DNA of 64,000 nucleotides from the human T2T-CHM13v2.0 reference genome, Homo sapiens: NCBI GenBank assembly GCA_009914755.4, contig CP068257.2, positions 21,984,001 to 22,048,000 of the forward strand, read 5' to 3'. Shown piece by piece: positions 62,249 to 64,000 of this stretch (position 1 is its first letter; each line of letters starts with the position of its first letter). The notes under the pieces were generated by a model. It saw only the letters and a program-made list of their open reading frames with translations, ran no database searches and was not told where the DNA came from. The position numbers and the translations under genes were made by a program.

Positions 62249-62545
62249 GCCAAGAGCTGTATCTCATGACTGTAGTCCCAAAACTTTGGAAGGCAGAAGC
62301 GGGGAGGACTGCTTGAGCCCAAGAGTTCCAGACCAGCCTAGGCAACATGGCAAAACCCCACCTTTGCAAAAAAATTTAAAAAATTAGCTGATGTGATGGT
62401 GCACACCTGTAATTCCAGCTACTCAGGAGGCTGAGGCGGGAGGATCACTTCAGCCTGGCAGGTCGGGACTGCAAGGCGCCATGATGGTGTCACTGCACTC
62501 CAGGCTGAGTGACTGAGTGAGACCCTGTGTCAAAAAAAAAAAAAA
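62249..62545 (+). mobile_element. Alu SINE (diverged) with a 10-bp TSD
   Basis: ggccaagagctgtatctcatgactgtagtcccaaaactttggaaggcagaagcggggaggactgcttgagcccaagagttccagaccagcctaggcaacatggcaaaaccccacctttgcaaaaaaatttaaaaaattagctgatgtgatggtgcacacctgtaattccagctactcaggaggctgaggcgggaggatcacttcagcctggcaggtcgggactgcaaggcgccatgatggtgtcactgcactccaggctgagtgactgagtgagaccctgtgtc followed by a14. The TSD tgcaactgtt lies at 62238-62247 and 62550-62559. Confidence 0.93.
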
Positions 62546-64000
62546 GTGCAACTGTTCTTCCAAGAAGGTGGGGACCTAGAGTACTAAAGCATCACTTTAA
62601 GGGGTTGCCATGTCAAATTTCTAAAAATTGGTAGCTCTACCAAAAAAAAAAAAATCAAAACACTTAAGAAAGATTCTGCAAAATCTCAGTCATTTGATGT
62701 AGATAACGAACCCTCAGCAGATAAGGGATCTGGTGGCGTAGAAGCTTTCTAGCCTCTTAGAGAATGCATTTAGTTTTGTTGTTGTCCAGAAGGTTCTATT
62801 ATTTAAACATTTTTATATTGTTCTACCTCATATAGTGTATAGAGGGAATAGTAGTTTTGCCTGATTTTGTAGCGTACAAAGTGTGATCGTTAATTGCATG
62901 TGTTAAGTTGACTAGGTTATGGGATGCCCAGATAGATGACAAAATATTATTTCTGTGTATGTCTGTGGGTGTGTTTCCAAAAAAGATTAGCATTTAAAAT
63001 AATAGACTGAGTTAAAAAATATCCACCCTCATCAGTGTGGGCAGGCATCATCCAATCTGTTGAAGGAGAAATAGAATAAAAAGGCAAAAAAGGACAGGTT
63101 ATTTCTCACTTCTTGAGATAGAACATCTATCTTTTCCTGCCCTTAGACATCAGAGCTTCTATCTCCCACCTTTGGGTTCAAGTTCTGACATGTACAACAT
63201 GATGACTACAGTTAATAATCCTGCATTGTTTACTTAAAATTTGCTAACAGAGTAAATCTTAAGTGCTCTTACCATCCCCCCCACACACATATATGCACCA
63301 GTGGTAATTACAGGTAGTGATGGATATGTTAATTAATTTGACAGTGGTAATCACTACACAATGTATACATATATCAAAAAATTACATTGTACACCTTGAA
63401 TGTATACATTTTTTAGCAATATATGATTTAAACTGAAATTTAAAAAATAATAGAGGAAGAAAATGGCATTGGGATGGGGTGAGGCAGAGGTGGAATAAAC
63501 AGCTTCTTTTCCCACAAAAAAATTGCATTCAAAAATCATTGTTTATAATATAATATTAAAGTTTATTTCAGTTTATACAGCTCCTCTCCTTTTAGAAATT
63601 GCATGCTCCTTTTGCTCCACTGCTACACCTCATTTTCACTAACTTTATTATGCAAAGCATATCACTTTGTACTCCCTGCTTCCTCGTGGTTTTCCTTCCT
63701 TTCTTCACTATCCAAGACTAATTAATATGTTTTGCTATGAATCATCCACTCCAGCTTCTACCCTTCAGCTGTAAACAATTAGCAGTGACTTGGGAATTTC
63801 TAATTCTTCCTTCTCACGTACACTAATGCTCTGTACTGAAAGGGAAAAGCAATATAGTATTTCTTCCCACTGAGATGAATAATGCCATTCCCTACAACCA
63901 CCCCCTCCCCAACCACCACCACCATCACATATACGGAAGGTAGAAGTAGCTACTATCAATTTAATGTCATGCAGCAGTTCCCTGTCCCTAACTTCTTCAT

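Overview
This 64-kb window reads as primate, most likely human, non-coding genomic DNA. It is not a prokaryotic or viral locus. It is AT-rich and carries about 20 Alu SINEs, including several AluY-type copies that still have target-site duplications (TSDs). It also carries several 5'-truncated or inverted LINE-1 fragments, four MaLR-family LTRs (THE1/MST/MLT1 type), many microsatellites and long homopolymer tails, and one anomalous 1.5-kb GC-rich block that splits an old Alu. None of the supplied six-frame ORFs is credible as a gene. All are under 130 aa. Most are translations of Alu or other repeat sequence, or lie in the GC-rich stop-codon-poor block. I therefore call no CDS, rRNA, tRNA or CRISPR. 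I could not support the suggestion that the window hides an undescribed protein-coding biological system. The points most worth a second look are structural and regulatory, in order of appearance: a candidate enhancer-like element at about 6880-7010 with clustered E-box and TAATTA motifs; a twin-primed L1 carrying a nested AluY; the 1.5-kb GC-rich insertion inside an AluJ with a possible diverged 13-bp TSD; a young AluY with a perfect TSD; an Alu nested in an MST LTR with a 13-bp TSD; three closely spaced inverted Alu pairs; and a CpG-retaining segment with splice-site-like borders at about 52850-52965. All coordinates are approximate to within a few bp. Family assignments were made by eye against remembered consensus sequences and should be confirmed with RepeatMasker/Dfam.
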